Numbered from the stretch's first letter, positions 21,801 through 35,800 are shown. The stretch is DNA of 64,000 nucleotides from Anthoceros angustus (GCA_010909165.1 MU008168.1:1302001-1366000), one strand, 5' to 3'. Notes: generated by a model not told the origin, from the sequence alone. Numbers and translations: made by a program.

Positions 21801-24800
21801 CAAAGATTGCCTTGTGCATCCGGGAGGGAGGACAATAGACTATAACCTGCAATCACCAATCCATACATGATTTATTCCACTTTCAGACGCGTGACTCGAG
21901 TAGCGTGCAAGGGTGACTTGTCATGTCGGTCAGTATGGACGGGCACCAAACCATACCCATCCATTCCGCCAAGCGGACAAGTCATCGAGTTTTATTGCGT
22001 GTGACATGGGAAGTACAAGTAGTGATCAAGGATGAAGGACTTTCCCATCCCAATGTTTAATTACGGTAAGCATATGTCCCCACATTGTGAGGTATAAACC
22101 GTCCTGCTCACCACGACGCTGCCGTGCCCGAGGCAGAGCCAAGGGATGGCCCTCCATACCAGTCCTTGATGGGCGAGGGAGAGCAACCTCCCATCCATCA
22201 TCCTCGATGGCCATCGTCATTGTGGAATTGCAGCCCTTGTCCTTAATGGCCGTCGGTTTCCACCACGAGCAACAATAATGTGCACATACGCAATGATCCA
22301 CAAAGCGGACACAATCGGTGAGGCGGCGGTTTTGACTTATGGATTCCACAAACACTTTAGCCTGCGCATGGACTTGTAGGTAGGCGAATAGGGCCAAAAA
22401 GTGTTCACATCCGGGCCTCACACTGAACCCCAGCCATACCGTGTGGTCACGAACACCATGCACCATGTGGAAGGAACCACCTCGCCACCGAGCGGCAAGT
22501 CCCCACGAGGATAGCCACATGACGCTCGCTCCACGCCATGAGGCGGTGACACTCCAACCTTTGCAAAGGATCCTTGATGGCCATCAAGATTTCTAGTTGT
22601 GCACGAAGATGGAGACATGAACACACGCCTCGTGGTGCGAACTACCACTCCACGCCCATTTAGGTTTCAAGCTAGCTCCGGCATACGTCAACATGTCATA
22701 CATGGCATAAGGTAGCAGGAGGCGCCGCAGGCATGTTCCGTGAAAATCGCCCTGCGAGGATGACCAAGAGAAAGGTAGTAGCGTGAAGCGAGGGCAAGGT
22801 GGTGACATTTAAAGCGGACCACCACCTTCTCACCTCTTGTGCCCCAGGCCACATCGGGTTGCGGATGAGAGGATCTTGAATTTCAACTGCCCATGTGACA
22901 AACCAAACATGGCGAGCTTTGATGGTGCCGTCGAATGATGGTTCTGCTGTAAATGTGAAGTGTGCGCCCATAAAGGCCGAATAAGTTTGTTTTCATGTCT
23001 CCTAAGGGCTGGAAATCCTTTGCGGCAGTGCGGCCATAGTGACGTCAGCCGTCACCCTAGCATGGTGCCGGGCGTGAATACATTATACGTTACGCCATGT
23101 GACGCGCATGATTGGTGGAGGCGAGAATGGGAGTCTCGAGCGATGGACATCATTATCTAGGAGAGCGGAATTGGCATATATGGCAAATTCACATACAGAC
23201 GGTCCTTCATTCATGGCATAATGAAAGGGGCATTTAGTTTGCTTGAATGGCTCTCACGTGCCACCCACCGTCCTTGCACAATGGTGTAGATGTTGATATA
23301 GATTATTACAAAAGCGATTGGAGCAGTAGCGTCGTCATTCAAACGACCTTGAGACGTGGCATGTTTTCTTCCATGCCATGAGTTTTCAATTATTCTAATG
23401 GCTTGCACCCACCTTCCTTGGACCATGGTGGAGGGAGAATTTTATTTGAGAGAAAGGGAACCATTGTCCTTGGTTCATGGCGTTGTAAGATGGCCATGAC
23501 CTTGTCATGGCATGGCACTTCCTTGGTCATCGGCCACTCGAAATCGCATTGCAAACACTTGTCCTTGGGTCACGAAATGGTCATAAAAAGCGGGGACTAT
23601 ATATGGCATGCATGGAGGAATGGCATCGTGGACAAGGAAGGTTTCGTGTTTGTGCCTTGCAAACACATGTAGTGAGGAAGGTGGCATGGCAAGGCAAGGA
23701 GCCGGCATGGCATGCCACGTAGTCCCCTTCTTGGATGGAAGCACGAAGGATGGTCCTAGCGGCAAGTGAGGTGGGCACGCTGGAGAATGCGATTCAAGTG
23801 GAGAGGGTGGATGATCATCGCGTGGGCGGGAGGCGGCGAGAGAGGTGTCGGGTCGGAGGGAGCAACTCCAGCGGTGGAGTCTGCGCCAAAGAGGGCGATC
23901 TTTGAGAAAGCGGCCGCAAGGGTGGGTGTCTCTAATAGGTGGGAGCTAACTGGAGGCGCTTTGCAGGAGAGAATCCAAAACTTTCGGAGGAATCGCAGGC
24001 CGTGACATCGGAGGAGGAGGAATTTGGCGTGAGTCAGGAGAAAGGGGCTGGTGATCGGGAGGAGCATGGTGGTGCTGCCCAAGAGGCCGTGTGGGTGAGA
24101 GAGGCCATTGGTCTTGTGGACCTTCTTGGGTGGCGATGGATAACCCCCAACAACGTGGGAGGAGGATGCAGGAGGAAAAGCTGCCCAAGTGGGAGGTCTC
24201 TGGAGGCCAAGGCGCGCAATGATGAGAAGGCAAGCGAGGCGGATGTGGAGATGGCGGATGATGAGGTGGAGAGACATCTACTACTACACTACATTGGAGA
24301 ATTGATGGAGCGGTTGGCGGTAAGCCACTAGGCAGCGTCATTTGCCGTGTTGTCTGCATGGGCGTGGAGTGTACATGGCTGTGAGCGGTTGCGATGGAGG
24401 TTGGGTGGAGAATGAGGAGTTGTTGGTTGGTGCGACGTGGTGATATGTAGGACGTGAGCTCTAAGTGATGTGTGTGCATGACTAGGGAAGAAGGGAAGGG
24501 AAAGGCGGTGGAAGGTGAAGGCCATGTCGGAAGGAAGGCACGAGATACTAGTGGAGAGAAGGAAGATGGAGGAAAGGTGGCAAGCAGGCGTCACCGTCAA
24601 GTGATCTTGGAGGCAACGTAGATGGTGGGGAACGGATGTGGGGAGAGCTGGAGAGATGGTGGGGACACGGATGTGGGAGCGGGAGCACTGGAGATGGTGG
24701 GGAACGGATGGATGAGAGAATGCGGGGCGCATGCCGATCTGAAAAACAACCGTGGCGGTGGGCCGTTTGTGGAGGGGAATGAATGTTGAGCCATTTTCTT

Positions 24801-25883
24801 CGAGCTGAGTCGCCAAGATGCGTGGGTGGACCGGTGATGGTCAATCAACAAGCAGATGGAATTGGTATTCCCACCTTTATAGCCTAGCATTTACAGGGTC
24901 CTTCGCCGTGAAAGTGGTGATTGAGGCCTGGATAGGTCTAGGAAGTTGTGGAGGAACCACAAAAACAATGGTGTTGGTCAAGAGTCACCAAGTGGCGTCA
25001 AGACTATGGCCATATCACTTGGAAGACGTACATGTTTGTAGATAAAGCCAATTGCATCGGTGGCAACAAAGCCACGATCTTTGAAAAGGGATAGAGGGCG
25101 CTTGAACTATCCAAAATTCCAATTAATTTGTCAATAAAATCAAACACTTATATATGCAAGGTATGAGAGTGACGTAAGGGTTAGCACATATATATTACTA
25201 TATACACAAGTCTTGACGCCTATATACGTACATATATACGTATACAAAGAGACATATAAATACACTAATATAATAGAAGTATAACAGATGGATGTGTACA
25301 TATATATGTACACATACTTACACATACTTATGTCTTGAAGCCTACAAACATATATATGTATACTGTGTATATGCAAAGGAGGTAAAAAGGAAGGAAGGAG
25401 AGAGAGGTCCTTGTACAAGCATGTTGCAAGAGGAAGAGGGAAGAGTATAAAATGGGTTGTGATAGGGAGGTCCTTCTCACGGTCATGAAGGAGGAGAAGT
25501 GAAAGAGTATAAAAGGGTGTGATAAGGGCAATAAATAGCAGGGTGAGGTGAGAGGAGAGAGACCAAGTATTTAAGATGGGGTGAAGATGGGGTGAGAAGT
25601 TAGGATGGTGGGAAGAGAAAGAATGGACCAACTTAACGCAAGCCATCAAACCATGTTGCAAGTTGGAAGTGGTACATAAATACACGTAATAAAGTGGGAA
25701 ATTATTAAAATGCTTGTGAGAGGTGTACCCGGAAGGGAGTGGGAAGAGAGAGTGCGAGGTTCGTGTTAAGATACGCACCAAACGGGACAGAACTAACAAA
25801 CTTAATACCAAGCCTCAAAACATGTTGCAATGGAAGTGTAACAAAAATTGCAACATCGACTATAGGGTGCCCTTTCTAGTAGG
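18851..25883. mobile_element. CACTA/EnSpm-type DNA transposon (about 7.0 kb), probably defective
   Basis: Termini C(A)CTACTAGAAAAGGGCACC(C)TATGTTACA inverted at both ends; 3-bp TSD GCT (18848-50 and 25884-86; AGC in the mirror); dense subterminal TGTTGCAA/TGTTACA/TGTAACA repeats at 18868-19110 and 25655-25860. Confidence 0.8.
25150..25420. repeat. TA/CA-rich low-complexity tract
   Basis: TATATAC/ACATAT runs; explains the spurious ORF 25140..25811. Confidence 0.7.
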
Positions 25884-25886
25884 GCT

Positions 25887-26735
25887 GGTACGCCTTATGC
25901 CTCCAGTGCTCATAGCGGAGGAGTTGCAGGCGTCTCACGGTGCCTTGATGTCTTGGTTATCACCTTCGAGTAAGAGTTCGACTACCAACTTCCTAGGTTC
26001 CCCTCAGACTCAGTCCCTTTGGTCCCATTTCGCCTTCTCTCCGTCTTGACTTTGTCCGTAGGCTTGTGTGTCGGCGGGGTGTCTTGAGGCGGATCGGGCG
26101 TCGCGGCTGGGGGTTGTGGGGATCTCGTCCGGGGTGGGATCGTGGCCCAGGCACGGCTGTTCCAAGGCTTGGAGCACGCCACTCGGTGGCGTTCAACCCG
26201 TCGCCCTTCTTCGGTAGCGACTCTGCGATTCGGCGACTCCTCCACTATCGGTGTCCTGTGAAACCGTAGTTTGGACATCGCAGGCTCTCTCCAAGCTTGC
26301 GTGCGCTCTTCCAATCGACACCGAGAGCCTCTTGCAGTGTGATGTCGTGGCTTTGGTTTTGGACTACGGCGCATGCTCGTGGAGCGACTCGTCTAGCTGT
26401 GGGATTGCGGGGCCGTTCTTCTTCCTTGGTCGGCCGCGTTTGCGTGGGAGTGGCTCCGTTGCATATTCAGCTGTGGCGTCCTGCGCCTCAATGTCAGCGT
26501 CTTGAATGGCAAATCACGCCGCCGCCCGTGATTGTCGCCCGCCATGTGCGCTTGCGTCTTCTCGACTTGTGTCTCGTATCTTCTGCAGGACTAGTCCAAG
26601 AGTACCCCACACCTTGTTGGAGGCGGTCCAGGCCTACCTCTTTGGCGTACTCAGAACCAATTCCATCCAAGCTCTTCGCCTTCTGCTGGCCGGAGATCCG
26701 CTCTCCACCTCTTGTGGTGAGATGTGATCACTCAT
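25887..26735 (-). pseudogene. Gypsy gag N-terminal segment
   Basis: ATG (MSDHISPQEVE) about 50 bp after the PBS; includes an RKRGRPRK basic motif; continues across the CACTA TSD into 18847-18493. Confidence 0.6.
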
Positions 26736-26784
26736 GGTTGGTCGTGCCACGAGTTCCGGCTAGATGCTTGCTTTTGAATCGTGG

Positions 26785-26795
26785 GCTCGATACCA
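26785..26795 (-). promoter_or_regulatory. Primer-binding site for tRNA-iMet (TGGTATC[A]GAGC)
   Basis: GCTCGATACCA on +, 2 bp from the LTR end TTGCA. One base is missing relative to the canonical TGGTATCAGAGC in both arms. Confidence 0.8.
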
Positions 26796-29221
26796 AATGC
26801 AACAATGGGTCTAAGCACGATTATGGTGACCACAACCGGAACGCAGAAACCGTCCCGATTGGCATGTTCGAGTTACATGGAATATGTTTTATGCAAAAAT
26901 ATCGTCAAATTGATCTCAATTTTAGTGTACAATACGTTTTGGGAGGAGAATTTTGTTGAATTTTTTTCTCCATAAAAACATGCATAACATATATCATTGC
27001 CATTATTACACAGATTAAGCTGGGACAAATGACAATTTCGTGACTAAGTACCCTTGTCCACTGTGAATCTGGCGTCGCAGCGTCGGACGCGACCACATGT
27101 GTTGATTAGGTCTTTGGTTTTGCAAAGCGAGTGTTTTGGGGGCGGACTCTTCATGTGAACAGACGTTTGTGACGTGGGCGCGTCGTGGAGGCCAGCGCTT
27201 ACTGTGTGTGCACAGAATCGATTGCACGCGTGGCGTGGAAGCTGGAAGTGTGGCGAGCTTAGATTCGTTTGTGGGTGGCGCAGGCGTGGGGCTGGATTTT
27301 GATCGATTGGAGGTGCTTGCTTTTGGAGGTCGTTTCTAACACGGTTTTTGTTTGCTACCTAGGAGGGTGCTAGTGTGGCGCCCGATGAGGCGTTTTGGGT
27401 GCTCAAGTGCTAGTTTGGGTTGGTGGTTGTTTGTGTGTGGGCGGTGTGTGGGCGGAATCCATGGGTGAACCACTTGGCGGTGGAGGGAGGCAGTGTGGCT
27501 TTGCGGGGAGGCGGCGTGCGGCTATGGCGGCTGCGGTGAGGATGGTGGCGAGGGAGCATCACGCCCAAGGGAGTAGGAGGCAGGAGGCAGGCTGCCACCC
27601 TTGGAGAGAGTGACCGCAGCCTTGCAAGTCGACATCTCTTGACGAGGCGAGCCGTGGAATTGGCACTCGGGGATGCGGTTCTATCCATTGGTGTGAATGT
27701 GCGGGATGAGAACAGCAATTGGGCTTAAGGCGTGTGGGTGGGTCGGATGTTTTGGCTAGGTACTTTGGAGGCCTTCACGGAGCAAATGATGGCTACCTTC
27801 TAGGGACTACTAATTTCTTTATCGTGGAAGAATGGAGGAACATCGATGACTTGGTGTACAGTTATGCAGGCGCCGGCCTAGCTTGCGCCGGAGGGTTCCT
27901 CGAAACCTTCGTTGGTGTGTTGGTGGAGCGCTCGGTAAAGGGTGGGCAAGCTTATTGGGACAAGCTTGGATGAAGAAGAAACAACGGAAGTGTAAAGATG
28001 GTAGTAGCGATCTGAGGGACGAGGAAGGTGGAGGTGAGGAAGATGAGGGCTCGGATGCTGATGATGCTCCACCAAGTGAAGCTTGGTGCGGGGCTGGCGT
28101 TCCATGTCGGAGGAAACTCCACATTGAGGCCACGGAGGCCACAGTCGTCAACAAAGTTTGGAGCTGCTCTCAAAGGAAAAGGCAGTATGATTGACAAGGA
28201 GCCATTGTCCTCGTCGAAAGTTGTGGCGAGCTTACGGAGAAGGACCACGTCGTCCATTGAAAGGTAAGACATATGGCCGTGAGAAAAGTGGCCTCGACCA
28301 TGGGCTCCAATGGAGGTGATTTGGCTCTTGGCTTCGTGTGAAGAAGGACTTGAGGCGTCGCGGATGAGGAGTCAAAGCTTGCTAAGGCGGGGAGGATGCC
28401 TTGAAGGATCTGGACTTGACAGGTCCAAATGACCTTGTGCTCAATGGCGGTGGGTTGGACTCGAAACACAACGATGCACCATGGGCGGTCCGCCAAAGTG
28501 TGAAGGCCAAGACAGACCATTGTAATGTTGTGAACAAGAAGTTGGCGAAAACACGGCTTGTAGGAGCAAGGCAAGAACATGTTCTTTGGGTTTTGGATTT
28601 TGAACAGGCGATCCGGTGAATTCACCAGCTAAGAGTGAAGAAGTCACGCCGGCACAGGCGGTGGCTCCATGCCACTCCCACGAGCCACACCACCGTGATA
28701 ACGATGTCAGTATGCACGTGCGTTTTCATAGTCCGACATCACAGTCATTACGCAATTCTCAATGGTCTTTGTCTCGAGGGGAGTTTTGATTTTGTGTCCT
28801 TGATCTCATGTGCACATGTTTGTTATTCTACGGAATATGCGGAGGATGTTTCGAAGGTCGGGTTCTTTAATGAGTGTGCAATGATTGCCTACAAAGCAGT
28901 CGTGTTTGTTGTTCTCCGATAAGTCCTGCTTCTAAGGGTGGTAGTGAAATGGTAGGGGAACCGAGCACTTTTACTCTCTATGATCTGAGTTGATGCTGCA
29001 TGCAGATGCTGGCTTTTTGGCGTGGAAGTCCATGTGTTTGATTGTGGTGTGTGGAAGATGCATGCGCTCTGTGCGGAGATGGTGCACTAGTTTGCCATTC
29101 TATTTCTTGTCCGAAGTTCTTGCATGTGTGGTAGACACGTGGTATGCGTGAGGCGAGTTGCTTGTGTCGAGCCGTGATGGAATGGATTTGTTGTGGTGGC
29201 GGGGTTGGTGGTCGATTGGAC

Positions 29222-29700
29222 ATCATGGAGATGTGGTGGCATGTGGAGATGTGGTGGCGTCGAGCATCATAGAGATGTGGTGGCGTCGAGCATCATAGAG
29301 ATGTGGTGGCGGGTTGGTCTTTGAAGTTTGTGACATGGTGGCACTTGATGTGGTGGCGGGGATGGTGGCGCCGAGTATGTGCCATGGTGGCGCTTGCTTG
29401 ATGTGGTGGCGGGGTTGGTGGTCACCTGCCCGAGTATGTGCCATGGTGGCCGCTTGCTTGATGTGGTGGCGGGGTTGGTGGTGAACTGCCCGAGTATGTG
29501 CCATGGTGGCCGCTTACTTCATGTGGTGGCGGGGTTGGTGGTGAACTGCCCGAGTATGTGCCATGGTGGCCGCTTACTTGATGTGGTGGGGTTGGTGGTG
29601 ATCTGGCCGAGTATGTGCCATGGTGGCCGCTTACTTGATGTGATGGCGGGTTTGGTGGTGATCTGCCCGAGTATGTGACATGGTGGCCGCGTACCTGATG
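29222..29700. repeat. Tandem arrays inside the Sola-like element: 25-bp unit x2-3, then about 60-bp unit x about 6 (GTATGTGCCATGGTGGCCGCTTACTTGATGTGGTGGCGGGGTTGGTGGTGAACTGCCCGA)
   Basis: Direct inspection; mirror at about 46950-47400. Confidence 0.9.
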
Positions 29701-32700
29701 TGCTGGCCACAGTTGGTGGTCTTCAATCCTCTTTGGTGATGTGTTGGCAAGGATTGTAATGTAGTTATAGCTTGTGATGTTCTCGTATCTGATTTTGTGA
29801 TTTGTTGGTGAAGGCGCTCTCGACTTTAACGTGGGTCTTCTGCGGGTGGTATGCATGCGAGATGGTATTCGCGCCACAGGCATTGCTTCCATGACATATG
29901 TCTCTTCCAAGCGTTGCAAAGGCATGTTCACCGCGCATAGGGTGCAACGAGATTTCAAAACACAGTTCTTGGCCAAGGGTGGCCCTTGAAGGACACCAAC
30001 GCACTGCATCGTGGGAGGATGACCAGCAGTGGGAAGCCAGTATTTGGAGATTATTCGCGATCCGCACGCATCATAGATGGGCGGTGTGATAAGCTCAAAC
30101 AATCGCTAGCAACACCTCGAGCAAGAAGTACTTAGAATCACCGGGTTTTGGCGCACTTGCATTGCTATCTACCGCAACGGTGAGCGAATTTCACAGCCAT
30201 ATTGTATCATTCTTCTCATTTTTGAATGGTCTTTGCTTGTGCCGGGAACATGAGCAGTCCCCATGTCCACAAACTTCTCCATGCATCTGTGGTAGCCTCT
30301 TTAAAACACCGCCTGACAATAGGGCTCCACCAGAAAAGCTAATACGGAGGTGCGTCCATCTTGGGACATGCACGAATATGTACACGCAACAAGCCCGCTT
30401 GACGCCATAATCCGGGCCAATTGTCGTGTCCACGTAGCCAATCCAATCCTCCAAAGATGGACTCGAGGTGGTGGCCCTTGCATCAAGGCTCCGCGTTTTG
30501 GGAAGCAGGAGGGCTTGAAGGGAACATGGACGGTGTGGCCCTTAGTCCCTACAATGGCTTCTTCGGTGCCCCTACAGTCACCTAGCACTCTGGAAATTCT
30601 TGTGCAGTCTTGAAGGATGTGGATGCCATTGTTGGTCGGACTTTGCTCCACGAAGATGGCGTTCGGAAGAGTTTTTGGCGATAATTTTGTAGGGTCTAGT
30701 GATGTCTGTGTCGATGGTGCTGTCACATTGGTGACGGTGGTTCGCACCCATGAAGAAACGCGATGGAGGTCGGGAGGTGATGAGATTGAATTGGCGGGGA
30801 TGGTCAGCATCTGTTGTTGTCATTCGGTGCCCAAGAGGTTATAAAGCGGTGATGTTCACCTGCTAGTGGTTTGAAGCTTTGTGTAGCTCATCCTTTGGTG
30901 ACCATGTGGCTATGCTTGATGGTGATGGTGTGGACAAGAGTGAAAAGGTTGGTGATGGTCGGTTGTGATCTCCTTTGCCGCATGGAGAACACGGCTCTTC
31001 TCAAAGCTGCCGAGGGGCCAATCTGTGGAGGCGATCAAGTGGACAATGACAGCATGCATGAAGCTCCGCGGCGATGATGAAGATGCCACCACATGCTCAA
31101 GAGGTGGATGAGTTGCGAGGTTTAGTTCTGCTCTTGTAGAGAAGATGAGCACAAATGCAGTGCAGGAAGTTCGCACCCTTCACGTGGTAGTGGCGGCGTG
31201 GAAACAATCGTGGTCGGGCTGGCCCATTGAAGGCGGAGGAGGGGCGTGGAGGGAGGAACACTCGTGCGGGCATGCAACTGATGAAGAGCCTCAACGACCT
31301 GAAGGTATGGGCTATGGTTCGATGGCCGTGACTACGGTACAAATTTCATGGTGTTGGCTCAAGGGAAATCCACGAGGAAGTGGACTTTATCTCTTGAAAT
31401 GTATGGAACACATCGAACTTGTGACCTTCAAGGATACTAATTGGGGAGGGAGGAGTTTAGCAGCACTATTGTTGTGAAAGCCTTCTACTATGAGCAAGTT
31501 CCCGGCATTGGTATGTACACTTTCTTTGGACTGGCGTGCCACCCAATGATCCTGAGGAGGACTGGTGCTGGCGACTAAGTTTTTGATGTGGCCAATGAGA
31601 AGCAAAATGAAAGCAACAATCGGCTCCACCCACATGAGAGGAAGTACATAGAGTGGTTGGCAAAGGTCGAACATGCAGGCGAAAAGTTGAAGACCGTGTG
31701 ACGATTGAATGTGTTTGTTTGTGGATCATGTGAGGGGTCTCTGAATTTGTCCTGCTGGTTGTGAGTGTTCGAGGCCATGTGACCGACATTTTTGGACAAA
31801 TGCGGTGTGAGTCGGGGATAAACACTTTGAGTCTGGATCCCATGTTGTATCAATGGGTATACGCCTTGTGACGAAATGCTCCATTTTGTGAGGGCACACC
31901 GAGCTAACCCCTATACTTGAATGGTTCAATGTATCTGACGACTTAGAATGAGAAGTGCCCTTCAAATTGCGTTCGCGCATGACAATTGGGTCCAACACGA
32001 TGCCAACCTAGCATCCTCCACCCACAAATGGCACAACCGATGGCATGAAGGTGAAAAAGCGGAAGGGCTCAAGCACAATCGCCCATCACCACACCGGTGG
32101 TGAACAACACAAAGCGCTAACCAAGGGAAGTATCGCTAGCCTATGAACAAAGGAACATGTAAGGCCCGGCTGAAGTTCCTTCCTCATGCTAGGATGGATT
32201 AGGCATCCACTTCCACCATCGTCATCCTCGCCCTCTTGCACCATATTATTGTCCACACCTCGGATCTGCAGATTCGGCTCCCGCCGCGTTCTTCCCGACC
32301 ATACGGCGTGGCGGCGGCGTCTCGGCCCATCACGCTTCCGCCTTTGTTGCCGGCGGTGGCTCGCGGTACTCCACCCAGCTTAACGCCGCCATGGCATCGA
32401 TCCTCTTGCTTCCACGGCCCGAGGTGCATGCACTGCGCGTGTGCCTCTTCGGCGCGGTAGCAACGACGTCGGAAGGCACTCGGACCCGACCCCATGTTGT
32501 TGCTGGTGCGGACTTAGCGAAGATGATCGGCGGGTGAAGGCGAGAGGAATGAATTGGTGTCATATTACCTGTTTTGTACACAACCAAGCTGTTGCACCCG
32601 GGCGGTCAAGTGGCCACCGTCATATGGCTCGGCTCTTATTCCCCAGGCGAAAGGAGGCGGTCACGCAGCATCACGTGTCCACGATGCGAGGAACTTGGAG

Positions 32701-32853
32701 GAATTAAGAATCATTATTGAATGCACCGGAAGTGTACCCAGGCGAGATGTATTAGAATGACGCAATTGTGATTCTGACTCATGAGTACAATTGTTTTTGG
32801 CATTTGCCTATGTTTCCATCGGATGCCCGCTTAATTCATTTTACGCTAGGTAG

Positions 32854-35800
32854 TCACATGGAGTCGTCACCCTCTAAAGCAAAGTACACACCCCCTGCAC
32901 CTCGTCTTATGGTCATCTCAAATTTGCACATCACGCATTCAGAGGATGCAATCGCATGGTCGAATAAAAGGCATACAAGCGCTCGCATCTTGAATAGTGT
33001 AATACATTCCAGACAATGACCTCTCGGCATGAACGTCTTCATACTCCAAGGACACGATCTTGGGTGCGGAAAGTATGCTTTGCCTCCGTGCATCCGAGGA
33101 CATAAAATGTTGTCCCTCATCCGTGGTCTGCAAAAGCGAGGAAGTTGTCTCCTACTTCGGAAGGTCACCATGTCGGAGATATCTTCACTCTCATTGTCCA
33201 GATAACATCGGGACCATTGGTCCCTACGTCCGAGGCTAGAGGAGCACCATTAGGCATGTTCGGGAGGCCGCTTGCCGCGAGTTATTATTCACAGGATTTG
33301 GCCATGTGGCCTCAAAGTGAAGGCTTTCCAATACACAGATGAGGCACCGTTTCGCATTCGAATGCGCACTTCCGGGCACTCCACGCAAAAACAAGCAAGG
33401 CTCGCATTTTCGCTTAGTCGGATCTCAAGCTAAACCCATAGATCTGTGCATTTTTTGGACCAGTGTAGTCGCAACCAAACTTATTCCTCCTGTTTACTTG
33501 ATTTCTCTATGAGCCGAAGCTCCGATGCATATGGTGTCCACTTGTGTAAGAAGAAGAGGCCCCACGAAATATGACTTGTAAGGTAGGCCACGACATCCGC
33601 CGTGATTGAAGCGTGCCGTTGGGGATGATTCTGCTGCCAACTCTTTTGAATAGCTCCTGCGTCATGTTCACCCTTCCCATGGCCACTACGAAATCGACCA
33701 CAACATCCGACACCGCCCGGTGAGGGGTATCTTGCAATGAAATATGCCTTGAAGGGCTTGCACATCAAATAACACCAATGTTCTCGTGGCGCGGAAACCA
33801 GTCGCCATCCATTGCCAATGCTTCATAACGCAATGTTGGTAACAACGATCGTGAACCAAGTCATCAACGATGTAAAATGATAATACTTCTCAACGTTGCA
33901 GCCTGGGTCTTGGGGTCAATGGGCCCATTTCGCGGTAAAGACCGGCACCAAAATGGATACTTGATCATTACGCGATTATAGGCGTATTTAGATTACGAAC
34001 ACCAAAAGCATAGTTTTGGTGAAGTCCATAAGCGAGACAACGACATCCGATGGGAACCACTCTAAGCATTGCCTAAATTCCAAAGCACATCGCGCACATA
34101 ATAATCGTGGAGGATGAACTCCCTCATCTTTTTAGAAGTATGACACAAACTCCATTGGATGAGTCTCCATGAAAACTAGCTTTATGCGCTTCTTGTCCCC
34201 CTCACTATCTCTACCAACCACTTGATATTGAAGCGTCGCCACTTCAAAATGGAGTCGGGTGCACCTCCTTTGATGTCTCACCGGGCGAATCGCACCTTCC
34301 TCACGCCACAACGGGGCACGAAGACATGCAAGCTTGTGCCATGCGCATCACACTCTTTCTCGCAAGGCTTTGACAAGCAACCTTAAGCAACACAGTCTTG
34401 TGCATTGCAATGAAGAGGAGACTCTTCTACCGAGTGAGGAACACAAATGTCACGGCAATGGCATTGTCCGAGGATGCACTCTTGAAAGCCCACCACGCAA
34501 AGCATTAAAAGCGTCCTTGAGGAAGGCCATTTCTACATGGTACCGGCGTGAGCGTTGCGTTCTTGCAAGCTTTTGGAAATACGGTTTGATTTTCAAAATC
34601 TGGCGCCTGAATCTCTGGGTGCTCGCGCAAAACCAAGTAGAACTCGTCGCAACACCGGGATAGGCCATAGATTGAGACACGCCATCACACAAATTACTAG
34701 CTCGGCTTTGAGCAACACACGGCGTGTGCAAGCGAGAATGTGCCACCATGTGCACACACATTTCCACACTCATAGCATACAAGCGTCTCCGTGGACACCA
34801 AGCCACTACCATAACACCACAAACCACGCCATAACACGGACCACCTCGATGTCCTCATGACCGGGGCGACACTATCACGGTGGCTACATTGCTCACCGCG
34901 TCACTACATCACCACAACACGCCACCGCGAGGCCCACCACCACCTCCGAGCCACCGCCACCACCTCCAGACCTGCCACCACCTCCGGATCACTTGCCACC
35001 ACCTCGGGAGCCCCCACCCACTCCCAGGAGCTCTCCCACCACCCATCGTTACACCTCGCCCGGGCTCCACCACCACATCCGGAGCCCGGCCACCACATCG
35101 AATCTTGCGACCACATCCGGGCCCGACCACCACATCCGAGCCCGAACACATCCGGGAGGTTGACCACAACATGTGGAGCCCTCCAACCATATCCGGAGCT
35201 CGACCACCGACCGTGGCCGACCACCACCCGGAGCCCGACCACGCATCCACCGTCCACCGCCACCCGCAAACAACATCACCACAGCTCTAGCGGCTACCAC
35301 ATGCCCACATCCCAAAGCCCAACACGACTGGCCGGCGTACCACGGTTCTCCACCACCATTGCACCACGGATTCCCTAATATCGCCTCCAACCTATAGCAT
35401 CACCTCATGGAGGCAAAAAACCCACTGTCGGACCATCTCCAACAACCTCGTAGCACAATGGACTAAAAGGAAGGAAAAGCGCGGTTGAAGTGCCACTGGC
35501 ACTTGCACAAAGAAGGAACCCACATCCCAAGCAGCGTGGAAAAAATCACAACACACACGATGCAAATTAAATCGCCATTGTAGGTCCATACCCGAAGCCT
35601 TAAGCTTGAAGAAGGTGCACCCTCCCTCCCAACCACTCGCGCCTTCAGCAGAGCACGAACCAATCCAAGAACATCCGAGCACGCACCACACAAATGGCGG
35701 TTGAATGCAATATGGAGGATGCCTAAGCGCTTCTAAGCGGCGGACATTTGACATAAGAACCAGCATGGCATGAACAGGACCGCTCCCATCGACGTGCTCC

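Noticed and set aside
21500-22100. Ulp1/C48 protease cargo in the CACTA
   Set aside because: No clear His-Asp-Cys motif set could be assembled from either arm.
25140-25811. 223-aa ORF (and mirror 51049..51648) as a membrane protein
   Set aside because: Arises from CT-rich and TA-rich low-complexity DNA; the two arms do not conserve the frame.
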